Of a stretch of 32,473 nucleotides of DNA, positions 11,128 through 21,127 are shown piece after piece. A program made the position numbers and the translations under genes. The notes below the pieces were generated by a model, which saw only the letters and a program-made list of their open reading frames with translations, did not search any database and was not told the origin of the DNA. The stretch is from contig JBNKCR010000060.1 in the NCBI GenBank assembly GCA_050287845.1, positions 1 to 32,473 on the forward strand. The letters run 5' to 3'. How positions within the stretch are numbered: the first letter of the stretch is position 1; each line of letters opens with the position of its first letter. This DNA comes from Polyangia bacterium (lineage in GTDB: Bacteria; Myxococcota_A; Polyangia; JAAYKL01).

Positions 11128-12333
11128 ATGATTGATAAAAAAGTTTTGTCCAGGTGTGCGTCGGTGACGCCGGCTGTTCTGTTGTTGTTGATAGCCGGTT
11201 GCTGGGATGCAACCATACTCGGCACCCAGATTGAAGTGGATACCTATTCGACGGACAGCAATGCTCCCCTCGAATCAGACACGGACACAGACACAGGTAC
11301 CGATACGGACACAGACACAGGTACCGATACGGGTACAGACACAGGTACCGATACGGACACAGACACAGCTACAGACACAGGTACCGATACCGGTACAGAC
11401 ACAGGTACCGATACCGGTACAGATTGTGGGGTACCGTCTCAGTTTCAGTGGCGTTCCACCGGACCGCTGATATCATCCCCGGTTACAACGAAAGATATAA
11501 AAGACCCCAGTGTTGTGTTTTTTAACGGTCAATGGCACGTTTACGCCACAACCACCGCTAAAGACCTGACACTGACCTACCTGAAATTTTCAGACTGGGC
11601 AACCGCTGACCAGGCCGAAAAACAAGTCATCACAGAAAATACCGATTTCAGTGGATATATGGCTGCGCCTCAACTGTTCTACTTCGCCCCCCACAACCTG
11701 TGGTATCTCGTTTTTCAGGCACAGGATCAATTGCCCACATATGCCACCGCAGTCGATCCCGGCGACGTCAATAACTGGTCTGCCCCCAAGCAATTGATGC
11801 CCATGCCCGCTCTGCTCGCAGACAATAACTATCAGGGAATTGACTATTGGACCATTTGTGATGATGTAACCTGCTACCTGTTTTTTACTGCACTCAATGG
11901 CACGCTGTATCGTTCCAGTACCCTTAAAAGCGACTTCCCCAATGGCTTTGAAGGAACCACGAAGATTGTCATGAAAGACAACAACAGCACTTCCGCATTG
12001 TTTGATGCCTGCAATGTATACAGGTTGGCCGACACCGGAAAGTATCTGCTACTCGTCTCCGCGATTGGCGGCACCGGGCGATATTCCAGATCCTGGACTG
12101 CAGATCGGTTGGACGGCGAATGGACGGCACTGGCTGACACGGAAGCCAATTCATTTGTATCCATGAACAATGCTGTGGGCGCGGACTGGTCCGGTTTTGG
12201 AATCAGTCATGGTGAAATGCTGCGACTGAATCCTGATGAAACGATGACAATCGACACATGCAATATGCAATTTTTATTCAGCGGCCTGACGGACACAGAG
12301 TATGAATTGGGCCTGCTTTCATTGATCCGATAG
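11128..12333 (+). CDS. GH62 alpha-L-arabinofuranosidase-like lipoprotein with altered active-site motifs and a DTGT stalk
   Basis: FQWRSTGPLI, IKDPSVV, AAPQLFYFAPHNLWYL, IDYWTICD, SHGEMLR, DETMTIDTCN. It has FDA, LNG, VSAIG and FSG where GH62 normally has FEA, DNG, VEAIG and YQG. Lipobox IAGC. Confidence 0.85.
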   Translation: MIDKKVLSRCASVTPAVLLLLIAGCWDATILGTQIEVDTYSTDSNAPLESDTDTDTGTDTDTDTGTDTGTDTGTDTDTDTATDTGTDTGTDTGTDTGTDCGVPSQFQWRSTGPLISSPVTTKDIKDPSVVFFNGQWHVYATTTAKDLTLTYLKFSDWATADQAEKQVITENTDFSGYMAAPQLFYFAPHNLWYLVFQAQDQLPTYATAVDPGDVNNWSAPKQLMPMPALLADNNYQGIDYWTICDDVTCYLFFTALNGTLYRSSTLKSDFPNGFEGTTKIVMKDNNSTSALFDACNVYRLADTGKYLLLVSAIGGTGRYSRSWTADRLDGEWTALADTEANSFVSMNNAVGADWSGFGISHGEMLRLNPDETMTIDTCNMQFLFSGLTDTEYELGLLSLIR

Positions 12334-12430
12334 GTTCAGATCTCCATAAACCATATCTGTAATCCGCCCACTATTCCTTAGCCGTGCCACATATTTCCGA
12401 ACACAGCAAACCAGGAATGGCAAGCGCCAT

Positions 12431-13027
12431 ATGACAGAAATAAGTTTACCAATTCCACTATTGAACGATCTGCAAATCGCACAGCGTGCGATTCAAGATG
12501 ACATGGCCAGGGACTCGTTGTTGCGCCGTCTCTATCCCCATATTTTCATTGTCGCATCCTCTGTGGTGAAGGAAAGAAGCATGGCACAGGATATCGTGCA
12601 GATCAGTGCAATGGAAATTATTCGCAGCATTCATACATATCGCGGTGAGGGTGCACTCGAAGCATGGGCTGGACGAATTACATATCGAATCGCCTCAAAA
12701 CAACAATACAGGACACAACGTTTTACAAAACATCTTTCGAAGACTCATACGGGGGAGGATGTACTTACTGAAAACGCCGAAAAAGAAATAACGCTTCGCT
12801 CACTGTATGACAAGCTACTGGAAAAACTGTCATATATACCGCCAAAGCGGAGGGCTGCACTCATTCTTCATATTGTACATGGATACACCGTGACCGAAGT
12901 GGCAACGCTCACAGACGTATCACCCAATACAGTCAAAGACCGATTGAGAACAGCTTATAAGGAAATGCGCACCATCCTCAACGATTATCCGAAACTGGTA
13001 GCTGAAATACTGGAGGAACTCACATGA
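12431..13027 (+). CDS. ECF RNA polymerase sigma-70 factor (cassette 2)
   Basis: AQDIVQ...YRGEGALEAWAGRI (region 2); HGYTVTEVATLTDVSPNTVKDRLRTA (region 4); ATGA overlap with the next gene. Confidence 0.93.
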   Translation: MTEISLPIPLLNDLQIAQRAIQDDMARDSLLRRLYPHIFIVASSVVKERSMAQDIVQISAMEIIRSIHTYRGEGALEAWAGRITYRIASKQQYRTQRFTKHLSKTHTGEDVLTENAEKEITLRSLYDKLLEKLSYIPPKRRAALILHIVHGYTVTEVATLTDVSPNTVKDRLRTAYKEMRTILNDYPKLVAEILEELT

Positions 13028-14340
13028 CTGAACCGACGGCTGTACCGATTTGCGTATCATGTGATGACGTCACTACATATTGGGACAAAGAAGTTGCAGA
13101 AGGTATCAGTTCGCAATTGGATTTTGCGATCGAAGAACATCTTGCACATTGTCAGGACTGTCAGCAGTTCGTCATGATGATAACCGGTCTCTCCCGTCTC
13201 ACAGATACGCATGCGGATGCCAGTCCCGGCATTCATTTCATTCCGGACGTAACCAGTAAGCGCAAGCGACTGCGTTTTGCCTCATTTATTCTGAAGATGC
13301 AGGTGGCTGCAATATTCGGACTCGTTGTACTGATAGCATATCTGATAATCGGTGTTCCCGCAGTACATCAGGCGGACTCAATCCCCCCGGAGCCGTTCAC
13401 CGCGTTGCAGTGTACACCTGCTGAACCAGCGGAAATTGTTCCCGGTGTATTCATGTCTGCCTGTCAGGACACGACGCCCGCAGTTTCAGTGAACAGCGCG
13501 GGGGACGTCACTGTTTCGTTTGAAAAAGGCGCGGTTGGACTGCAGGTTGATCCCAACAGGCTGGCGCGACACGGCATTGCGGTTCGTGTCCCCCAGGGGA
13601 CGACCCGTGTGAAAGGCACCGTATTCACCGTTCTTGCAGATGAGAAAGCGGCGCGGGTTGAGGTTTTCAGAGGAGTTGTGGAGATTGAGTCAAATGAAAA
13701 CAGCAACGGCGCTTTTCATCTCAAATCGGGTTACGGAGCCATTCTGCCATCTCAAAGGACATATGTACTCACACGACCAATCACCATCGCGCTTCAACGA
13801 AAGTTGAACATGCACAGCCCCATTGAGTCGCCATCTCTCACACCCAGAAGATCTGATGATCACATTCGTTCAGACGCATCCATCGCTGCCGACGCCCTGA
13901 TGAACAACCACTCATCCAACGCGCACCGCGAAACAAAACCACACACAAAACAGCAACCCACATCTTTTCGCGAACTGATTCAAGGTGCACAATCCTGTCT
14001 GATTGACCAGAACTGGATATGTGCTGCACAGAAATATCAGGAAATACTGAAAACCCATTTCCATCGTCCGGAAGCTACAGTCGCCCTGATCAGTCTTGCC
14101 AAGCTGGAGCTCCGACATCTTAAAAATCCAGCGGACGCACTGGAGCATTACCGGATGTATCAGCGAAAATCTCCCACTGGGCCACTGGCTGAGGAAGCCG
14201 CATGGGGTGTTGTGCAATCCCATCGAAAACTGGGAAACAGGATGGAGGAACGACGGTATCTCAATCAATTTATCCAGCAGTTTCCTGACAGCGTGTATGT
14301 GTCGAAAGTGCGTCTGCGTCTAAAAGAACTGAATCAGTGA
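13024..14340 (+). CDS. Anti-sigma factor: zinc-binding N-domain, TM, FecR-like domain, TPR
   Basis: HLAHCQDC, TM VAAIFGLVVLIAYLIIGV, VKGTVFTV...VEVFRGVVE, TPR-like YQRKSPTGPLAEEA...FIQQFPDS. Confidence 0.85.
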   Translation: MTEPTAVPICVSCDDVTTYWDKEVAEGISSQLDFAIEEHLAHCQDCQQFVMMITGLSRLTDTHADASPGIHFIPDVTSKRKRLRFASFILKMQVAAIFGLVVLIAYLIIGVPAVHQADSIPPEPFTALQCTPAEPAEIVPGVFMSACQDTTPAVSVNSAGDVTVSFEKGAVGLQVDPNRLARHGIAVRVPQGTTRVKGTVFTVLADEKAARVEVFRGVVEIESNENSNGAFHLKSGYGAILPSQRTYVLTRPITIALQRKLNMHSPIESPSLTPRRSDDHIRSDASIAADALMNNHSSNAHRETKPHTKQQPTSFRELIQGAQSCLIDQNWICAAQKYQEILKTHFHRPEATVALISLAKLELRHLKNPADALEHYRMYQRKSPTGPLAEEAAWGVVQSHRKLGNRMEERRYLNQFIQQFPDSVYVSKVRLRLKELNQ

Positions 14341-14430
14341 ATTTCAACACTCATACCCTCGCACGCAGAAATCAATTCATCAGATTTCGCATTGATGACA
14401 GCTCTATCCGGGAAAATGAAAAAGCAGGTC

Positions 14431-16302
14431 TCACTGGGGGGTTATTCTGTACAGGTGCGCGCCTTCCGCAACCACAGTGACTGAAATGCCATCGGTTGCC
14501 TGAGATACATTCTCGTGAGTCCAGAGATTCCGCACGAGGGGCGTTCCGGATACACCCACCTGATCAAATGATACAGAAATTGTCGTATCAGATGTTCCGC
14601 GATTGAACAGTGCAACAGCCACACCGCCATCATGCAGTTCTTTTGCCCACACTTCGCTGCTCCCCTGCTGCGAAATCCTTCTGCCTCGATAGCCCGCCGC
14701 GTCCTGGTTGATAGCGAGAACTTCCTGGTTGGAGAGTAGCCCAACGGTCCATGGATCATTGTCGAAATATGTTGGATTGCCACCAAACATCAGCGGAGAC
14801 GGCAGAATCGACCAGAGCGACATCACTGTATATTGCTGGTTTTCACTCAACCCGTTGGGACCGGAGGCATGTGCGGGACAACGCGGACCCAGATATCCCA
14901 GGGGGAGCATATCGGCATCGGGCCAGTGCCCCTGGGTAATACCGTTGGTTGTGGACCAATCAAAAGCGGCACTGAACTCCTGATCCAGAGAACTCAACCC
15001 ATTGACATCCCAGAAATCGTTCACCATACGCCACATGTTGGCATCTGCATTCATTGCAGCCACATCACGGGTCTGCATCGGTCCGGGAGATAGACTGAGA
15101 ATAATCGACCTTCCTGTTTTTTCAATGGCGTTGTGGAGGGCGTTCACTTCAGCGTCATGATATTCAAAACGCCCGGAATACGGGTTCACCATGTCATCCA
15201 CTTTGATAAAATCAACCCCCCATTCGGCATATTGGCTGATAATGGAATCATACCAGGCTTTGCCCGCCTCGGTATCGCCCCGGACTCCCCACATATGATT
15301 GTCCCAGGGGCAGGCATCCGATGTGTTGGCGGCATCGGACGCCCGGAAGGTTGAGTTTGCGATGGGCGAATTCGCCGTCACTGTCTTCCGGGGAATCCCG
15401 CGCATGATATGAATTCCGAACAACAAACCCATCTCATGAATCTTATCGGCAATTGGCTTGAATCCCTTGCCCCCGGCAGACGACGGAAATCGGGAGGGTG
15501 ACGGCAGGTACCGACCATTGGCATCAATTTCCTGCTCATTATCGTACCAAAGGTAGTCAATAACCATTGTATTCCAACCATAAGGCGCCAGCCAGGTTTT
15601 CATCGACGCGGCTGAATCCAGTGTTTCCTGCTCATTCACACTGCCGCCAAAAGAGTCATAACTGTTCCAGCCCATGGGCGGCGTCAACGCGAGGGTATCC
15701 CCGGACACCAAAGTGATTGTCCGACGGCTGAATCCCACATCGTTCGTCGCAGTTACCCGGATTGGATAGGAGCCAACCTCAGGCGTGACCCCCGAAAGAA
15801 CACCGGTATCCCCTGCCAGCGAAACGCCTTCTGGCAAACCTTCAGCTGAAAACGCAATGGGCGTTTGACCGGTCACCGGAACTGTAAACAGGAAGTCACT
15901 GCCAGCCCTCGCACCAACAATAGACGGGTCATGAATATGTGGTGCATCCGGATCGGTGTCATCATAATCCGCAGTATCAGTGTCCAATTCAGTCCCGGTG
16001 TCCGGCGGCTCATCGGAACCACTGTCGCTGTCTGTACCTGTATCCCCGGGATCCGAATCACTGTCACTGTCAGTATCTGAATCACCGTCGCTGTCCGAAT
16101 CGGTATCGCTATCTGTATCCGTATCGCTATCACTGTCACTGTCAGAGTCGCCATCGGTATCCGTATCGCTGTCAGTATCAGTGTCAGTATCCGCATCACC
16201 TGTTTCCGACGTTGTATCCCCTGCACTGCTGCCGCCATCGCTGCAACCAAATACTGCGGTGCACACCAGGATGAAAAAAAAGCATGTCAAATTTCTCTCC
16301 AT
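14431..16302 (-). CDS. GH27 glycosidase (alpha-galactosidase/beta-L-arabinopyranosidase family) lipoprotein with Ig-like (He_PIG) domain and D-S/T stalk
   Basis: LTPPMGWNS, FGIHIMRGIP, WGVDFIKVDD (nucleophile), WRMVNDFWD (acid/base), WPDADMLPLG, AVALFN; Ig-like GLPEGVSL..DTGVLSG...VTATN; lipobox VFGC. Start taken at ATG 16302. Confidence 0.9.
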   Translation of the reverse strand: MERNLTCFFFILVCTAVFGCSDGGSSAGDTTSETGDADTDTDTDSDTDTDGDSDSDSDSDTDTDSDTDSDSDGDSDTDSDSDSDPGDTGTDSDSGSDEPPDTGTELDTDTADYDDTDPDAPHIHDPSIVGARAGSDFLFTVPVTGQTPIAFSAEGLPEGVSLAGDTGVLSGVTPEVGSYPIRVTATNDVGFSRRTITLVSGDTLALTPPMGWNSYDSFGGSVNEQETLDSAASMKTWLAPYGWNTMVIDYLWYDNEQEIDANGRYLPSPSRFPSSAGGKGFKPIADKIHEMGLLFGIHIMRGIPRKTVTANSPIANSTFRASDAANTSDACPWDNHMWGVRGDTEAGKAWYDSIISQYAEWGVDFIKVDDMVNPYSGRFEYHDAEVNALHNAIEKTGRSIILSLSPGPMQTRDVAAMNADANMWRMVNDFWDVNGLSSLDQEFSAAFDWSTTNGITQGHWPDADMLPLGYLGPRCPAHASGPNGLSENQQYTVMSLWSILPSPLMFGGNPTYFDNDPWTVGLLSNQEVLAINQDAAGYRGRRISQQGSSEVWAKELHDGGVAVALFNRGTSDTTISVSFDQVGVSGTPLVRNLWTHENVSQATDGISVTVVAEGAHLYRITPQ

Positions 16303-16468
16303 TATATATTTTCCTTTCATTTTCCTTTCATTCACTGTCCACGATAGGCTTTCCCAAAATTTATACGAAGTGCCACTGATTCAATCCGTTTGAAAAGAAA
16401 TGATATAAAAAATATAAAAAATATCCGAACAGAAAAATTAAAATATGAAACCACGAAATGCAGGTCTG

Positions 16469-18175
16469 CTATCTGGAAACCTTCCACCAGTTAAAATTAA
16501 ACAGGACATCCTCACTGCCGATAAACCGGAGGTATACATTGTGAAAGCCGTTTACGTCCTCCAAATCACAGGAGACAGTTTGCCATTCCTGCCACCCACC
16601 AGTTCCGGGAACATCGCATGTACCAATCAATTCTCCCATTTCACTGTCCAGCCGAATCTCAATTTTTCCACCATCTGTGGCAGAAGCAACTCTTGCTTCA
16701 AACGCACTGGCACCGCCGGTCAGCGCGACACCTGAAACTTTAATAAAATCGCCGTTATGAATATCCGAAACATTCATTCCCCCTTCAGTGCAGGGTTCAG
16801 TCTTGACACCATGAGACCATGCAATGGTTTCCGCCTCTGTCCGCACATACGGGTCTAAAGAATCGAGTTGAGCAGGGCCTTTTTCCGTCCACCAGGGAAT
16901 CTCTACAATTGTACCATCGGCGTTGTAAAACAGCTCATCCACGCAAATCGAACGTCGTTCGCGATGTTCTGAGGTTTCAGCGAAATTCAGCACATAGTTG
17001 AAACCGAACACATACGACTTTCCTCTGTAATCGATAATACCCGGATGATTTCCGGAGGACTGATTGTTCGGTTGCATAATGTATCCTTTGGTTTCCCATG
17101 GTCCGGTGGGCCCGTCACTCATCGCATACCCGATTCCCTCAGGACAGCAATACGACGCAAACGCCAGATAATAGTGTCCATCCCGTTGATAAAACCAGGG
17201 ACCTTCTTCAAACAGTTCGGGTCTGTCAAACTCCACTATATTGCCGGAATATGAAATCATATCCGGATTCAGCGTGACATAGAAGATGCGCTTATGCCCC
17301 CAGTACAGATACGCCTGACCGGTGTCGTCCACAAAAACAGTGGGGTCAATATCATCAACGGAATCAGGATTGTGAATCAACGGCGCGCCAATGGCATCCA
17401 CAAATGGCCCCTCTGGAGAATCAGAAACCGCAACGCCTATATCCATATGCCCATTTCGAACCAGTGGACAATAAAGATAGAATTTTTCATTCTGATAAAT
17501 GGCCTGCGGTGCCCAGGCGTTGTACCCATCCGCCCAGGCGAACGTTCTGCCCGCTTCCCGGACGGTGGCCACGACACCGTGATCTGTCCAGTTCACCATA
17601 TCCGTTGAACTGTAAAGCATCCAGTCGTACATGGTAAATCCAGTCGCATTATCTTCATCATGAGTTGTATACAGATACACCGTATCCTCATAAACCAGGG
17701 GCGCCGGATCTGCAGTGAATTTTGTCTGAATGATCGGATTGTCGGCAAAACGGGATTCGGTATCCACATCATTCCCCGTATCCTCATCGGTTTCTGTCTC
17801 TGTATCTCCAGTGTCCGCAATTTCCCCGGTGCCGGAATCTGTGCCCGTCCAACCGGTATCGGTTTCTGTATCCGAATCCGTATCGGTATCACTGTCTGAA
17901 TCGCCATCCGTATCTGAATCGCTATCCGAATCTGAATCCGCATCGTTGTCGGTATCTGCATCCGTATCGGAATCGGCATCACTGTCGGTGTCCATATCTG
18001 AATCACTGTCCGTATCGCCATCACCATCAGAATCTGTATCTGTATCCGTATCAGAGCTGACAGTTGCATCTGCCGTGTCGTCCGTTTTCTGCGATGTGGA
18101 CGATGAACACATACAGCACAACGCGCCCACACCCGTAATAAATATCAACGAAATAAGGTGTATCATTTTATTCAT
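16469..18175 (-). CDS. GH43 xylosidase/arabinofuranosidase with C-terminal CBM6 and D-S/T stalk; probable lipoprotein
   Basis: TADPAP (base), AWAPQ, DIDPTVF, FEEGPW (acid), GNHPG; CBM6 EAET...IEIRLDS..G.LIGTC..TGGWQEW...FNFNWW. Signal peptide ends in ALCCMC, an atypical lipobox. Confidence 0.92.
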   Translation of the reverse strand: MNKMIHLISLIFITGVGALCCMCSSSTSQKTDDTADATVSSDTDTDTDSDGDGDTDSDSDMDTDSDADSDTDADTDNDADSDSDSDSDTDGDSDSDTDTDSDTETDTGWTGTDSGTGEIADTGDTETETDEDTGNDVDTESRFADNPIIQTKFTADPAPLVYEDTVYLYTTHDEDNATGFTMYDWMLYSSTDMVNWTDHGVVATVREAGRTFAWADGYNAWAPQAIYQNEKFYLYCPLVRNGHMDIGVAVSDSPEGPFVDAIGAPLIHNPDSVDDIDPTVFVDDTGQAYLYWGHKRIFYVTLNPDMISYSGNIVEFDRPELFEEGPWFYQRDGHYYLAFASYCCPEGIGYAMSDGPTGPWETKGYIMQPNNQSSGNHPGIIDYRGKSYVFGFNYVLNFAETSEHRERRSICVDELFYNADGTIVEIPWWTEKGPAQLDSLDPYVRTEAETIAWSHGVKTEPCTEGGMNVSDIHNGDFIKVSGVALTGGASAFEARVASATDGGKIEIRLDSEMGELIGTCDVPGTGGWQEWQTVSCDLEDVNGFHNVYLRFIGSEDVLFNFNWWKVSR

Positions 18176-18406
18176 GAGTCTATTCTTTCAATCAAACGGA
18201 CGCTTTGTCCTATTTGAATCCGGTTTCACAACACAGACGAATGAATTAAGCTTCAATCGACAATTCGAAAAGATATATACTCCCATCTTCTGTCATGTGT
18301 CTTCAAAACACAGTAACCGGGCGGGTTGATTCGATATATAATCTCTGAAAACTGATTTCAGGCGTGTCACCAAAAAAATTGAGAAAAAAAGATTCGTAGC
18401 TCTCAG

Positions 18407-19285
18407 TCATTTTTCGGCGTCGTTTTCCAGAACATGAAGAAAACAGGCGGCCGTTTCCACGGGACAACTTCGGCGATTGGACGGATTCTGCTCGACAAAC
18501 TCCACCGTTTCACCAGAGTCGTCAACCACATCCACCACCGCAACGTGACCATAAAAATCGTCTGCCCAGCAGGAACCCGGGGCAAAAACAATCAAATCGC
18601 CATGCACCGGTACATCCGTCTGTACCAGACCATCCGGTGGGTCACTCTCACACCAGACGCCGGCATCCCCCTGTGGCACGGACATCACATTCCACCTGAA
18701 CTTCAGGTACCTGTTGGCCAATTCCGTGCACTGATATCCGCCGCTCCACTGGGTGCGAACCCAATCCGCATCGAGTTCCTCCACGCTGGTACTGACCCCA
18801 TCAATGGACCAGATAGCGCCATCCAGGCTTTCATCGCACTGTTCATACGCGGGAATTCCGTCCACCCAATAGGTTTCCGGCACTTCTTCCCCACAAATAT
18901 TGAACGAAGGTTCCTCGTCGGTCTCCGTACCGGAATCTGTCTCTGCATCCGTTCCGGTATCGGTGTCGAAGTCCGTATCCGTATCCGTGTCCGTGTCGGT
19001 GTCCGTATCTGAGTCTATGTCGGTGTCCATGTCGGTGTCTATGTCGGTGTCCATGTCGGTGTCTATGTCAATGTCCGTGTCCGTATCGGTGTCCGTATCT
19101 GAGTCGGTGTCCGTATCTGAGTCGGTATCCGTGTCTGAGTCGGTGTCGGTATCGGAATCCGAATCCGTATCCGCGTCGCTATCCAGTTGGTCATCCGGCG
19201 ACGAATCATCTTCCGATGAGCATCCAATCCCCAGGAACATACCAATACAAACAGCACAAACCGGTATCCACATTCTGCGGCGCAT
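18407..19285 (-). CDS. CHAP-domain (cysteine/histidine amidohydrolase/peptidase) lipoprotein with D-S/T stalk
   Basis: YQCTELANRY (catalytic Cys), GDLIVF, YGHVAVV (His), VEQN; lipobox GIGC. Start at ATG 19285 after GGAGG. Confidence 0.85.
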   Translation of the reverse strand: MRRRMWIPVCAVCIGMFLGIGCSSEDDSSPDDQLDSDADTDSDSDTDTDSDTDTDSDTDTDSDTDTDTDTDIDIDTDMDTDIDTDMDTDIDSDTDTDTDTDTDTDFDTDTGTDAETDSGTETDEEPSFNICGEEVPETYWVDGIPAYEQCDESLDGAIWSIDGVSTSVEELDADWVRTQWSGGYQCTELANRYLKFRWNVMSVPQGDAGVWCESDPPDGLVQTDVPVHGDLIVFAPGSCWADDFYGHVAVVDVVDDSGETVEFVEQNPSNRRSCPVETAACFLHVLENDAEK

Positions 19286-19409
19286 ATCAACCTCCCGGCT
19301 CCCACCCCTCCCCATGGATTGCGTGGGTTGAGGGTGAATTCCACATTCAATTCTGACATAAAATGCCGAGTTCGGCTATCGGGCAGGCGCAAAAGGCACT
19401 TGCATTACA

Positions 19410-20999
19410 TCAGAAATCGCCTGTCTGAACCACCCGTTGAATCGTGCCATCGTCGTTGTAGTAAAGTCGGTCGATACATGTAGAGCGACGATAGGGGCCG
19501 CCGGTGGGTAACGCGCCGTTATGATACGTGATATAACTGGCGCCGCAATAATCGAAAATGGACGGATGTACCGTATCGCTGTTTGGAACCGTTTCCACTA
19601 TCCTGTCCCGATATTCCCAGTGCCCAAGGGGGGACGATGATGTCGCATAGGAAATCGTTTCGGGAAAATCAGAGGCATAAGTCATATAATACAGATCTCC
19701 ACGTTTGGTGACCCATGGCGCTTCGGTGTAGTTGGTCAGTGTATCCGTATGCCAAATCGTTACGGTGCTGATGTCCCTGTTCTCCATAGTGCCATCCGCC
19801 GCCGTGGTATACGTCTCCCCCTTCAGGTGAATCATGTCCGCTTCGAGTTCTGCCCAGTATAAATCGGAGTTGCCCCAATATAGATAAGCACGACCGTCGT
19901 CATCGATGAACACGGCCGGATCCAGATTGCGCCACTCGTGATCCGCCCACTGCGCCGTATCATTGAGAAAAATCAACGGAATCCCCCTCGCATCACTGAA
20001 TGGTCCTTCGGGATGATCGGCCACAGCCACTCCGATGGAGATGCCCCACTCACTCTGCCCACCTTCCACTGGCGCATAAAAATAAAACTTCGGATTGCCG
20101 GTTTCATCGTCCCGCTCTATCACATGGGAGGCATTGGCATTTCCCGTATCTCCGCCCCGTGCCCAGCTGAAGACATCGTACCGCATCACTGCGCCCAGAT
20201 TCTCCCAGTTCACCATATCGGTGCTCGAAAACAGCAGGAAGTCGAACATCCGGTACCCGCTGCCCCCCACTTCCTGTTCGTCATGCCCGGTATACAGATA
20301 TACTTTGTTGTTCCATACCAGCGCCGCGCCATCCGCGGTAAATAACTGTTCGCCGGGACCTTCCAGTGGGTTTACGCCATCGTAACGAATGATTGGGTTG
20401 TCAAAGGCAGTGGGCGCCTCAGGACAAACGAAACCGTTGTCGGCTTCCGTATCAGTATCGCTATCGCTGTCCGTATCCGTATCCGTGTCTGTATCGCTAT
20501 CGCTGTCCGTATCCGTATCCGTGTCTGTATCGCTATCGCTGTCCGTATCCGTATCCGTGTCTGTATCGCTATCGCTGTCCGTATCTGTATCCGTGTCTGT
20601 ATCGCTATCGCTGTCCGTATCTGTATCCGTATCCGTATCCGTGTCCGTATCCGTATCTGTATCGCTATCGCTATCGCTATCGCTGTCCGTATCCGCGTCT
20701 GTATCGCTATCGCTATCGCCGTCCGTGTCTGTGTCTGTGTCTGTATCCGTGTCGCTATCCGTGTCCGTGTCGGTATCGCTGGTACGACTTCCGGAATCAC
20801 TGCTGTCATTTCCCGGTTCAGATTCACCGCACGAGACCATCCCACCGCCCAGAATACACGCATGTAAAAGCAGAACCAGCAGCCCACGTGCACCCACGCG
20901 CGTCGTCCCTGCATTCGCCCTCACCACATTGCAGAATACTTGTCCCGCCCACCCCAAACCGACTTCCACCGAATTCCAAATCGTCCCTGAAACGTTCAT
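19410..20999 (-). CDS. GH43 glycoside hydrolase lipoprotein with D-S/T stalk
   Basis: [54 protein letters not shown]; lipobox MVSC. The pre-signal region is unusually long, so the start is uncertain. Confidence 0.88.
   Translation of the reverse strand: MNVSGTIWNSVEVGLGWAGQVFCNVVRANAGTTRVGARGLLVLLLHACILGGGMVSCGESEPGNDSSDSGSRTSDTDTDTDSDTDTDTDTDTDGDSDSDTDADTDSDSDSDSDTDTDTDTDTDTDTDTDSDSDTDTDTDTDSDSDTDTDTDTDSDSDTDTDTDTDSDSDTDTDTDTDSDSDTDTEADNGFVCPEAPTAFDNPIIRYDGVNPLEGPGEQLFTADGAALVWNNKVYLYTGHDEQEVGGSGYRMFDFLLFSSTDMVNWENLGAVMRYDVFSWARGGDTGNANASHVIERDDETGNPKFYFYAPVEGGQSEWGISIGVAVADHPEGPFSDARGIPLIFLNDTAQWADHEWRNLDPAVFIDDDGRAYLYWGNSDLYWAELEADMIHLKGETYTTAADGTMENRDISTVTIWHTDTLTNYTEAPWVTKRGDLYYMTYASDFPETISYATSSSPLGHWEYRDRIVETVPNSDTVHPSIFDYCGASYITYHNGALPTGGPYRRSTCIDRLYYNDDGTIQRVVQTGDF
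20455..20634 (-). repeat. 36-bp tandem repeat, five copies, encoding [12 protein letters not shown] in the GH43 stalk
   Basis: Plus-strand unit GTATCGCTATCGCTGTCCGTATCCGTATCCGTGTCT is identical at 20455, 20491 and 20527, has one mismatch at 20563 and is more diverged at 20599. Confidence 0.9.
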
Positions 21000-21127
21000 T
21001 ATATCTCACCTTCCTTGAATGCATATGTCTGCATTACATTCATGGCAGTTCCATTTTCGCAATACCGTGGTTCACCAACGACACAATCAGGAAGGTTCGA
21101 TGACAGGGCGTCATTATCAGGACGTCG

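Noticed and set aside
20455..20634. 36-bp repeats as a CRISPR array
   Set aside because: Units are directly adjacent with no spacers, in frame within a gene, and there are no cas genes.
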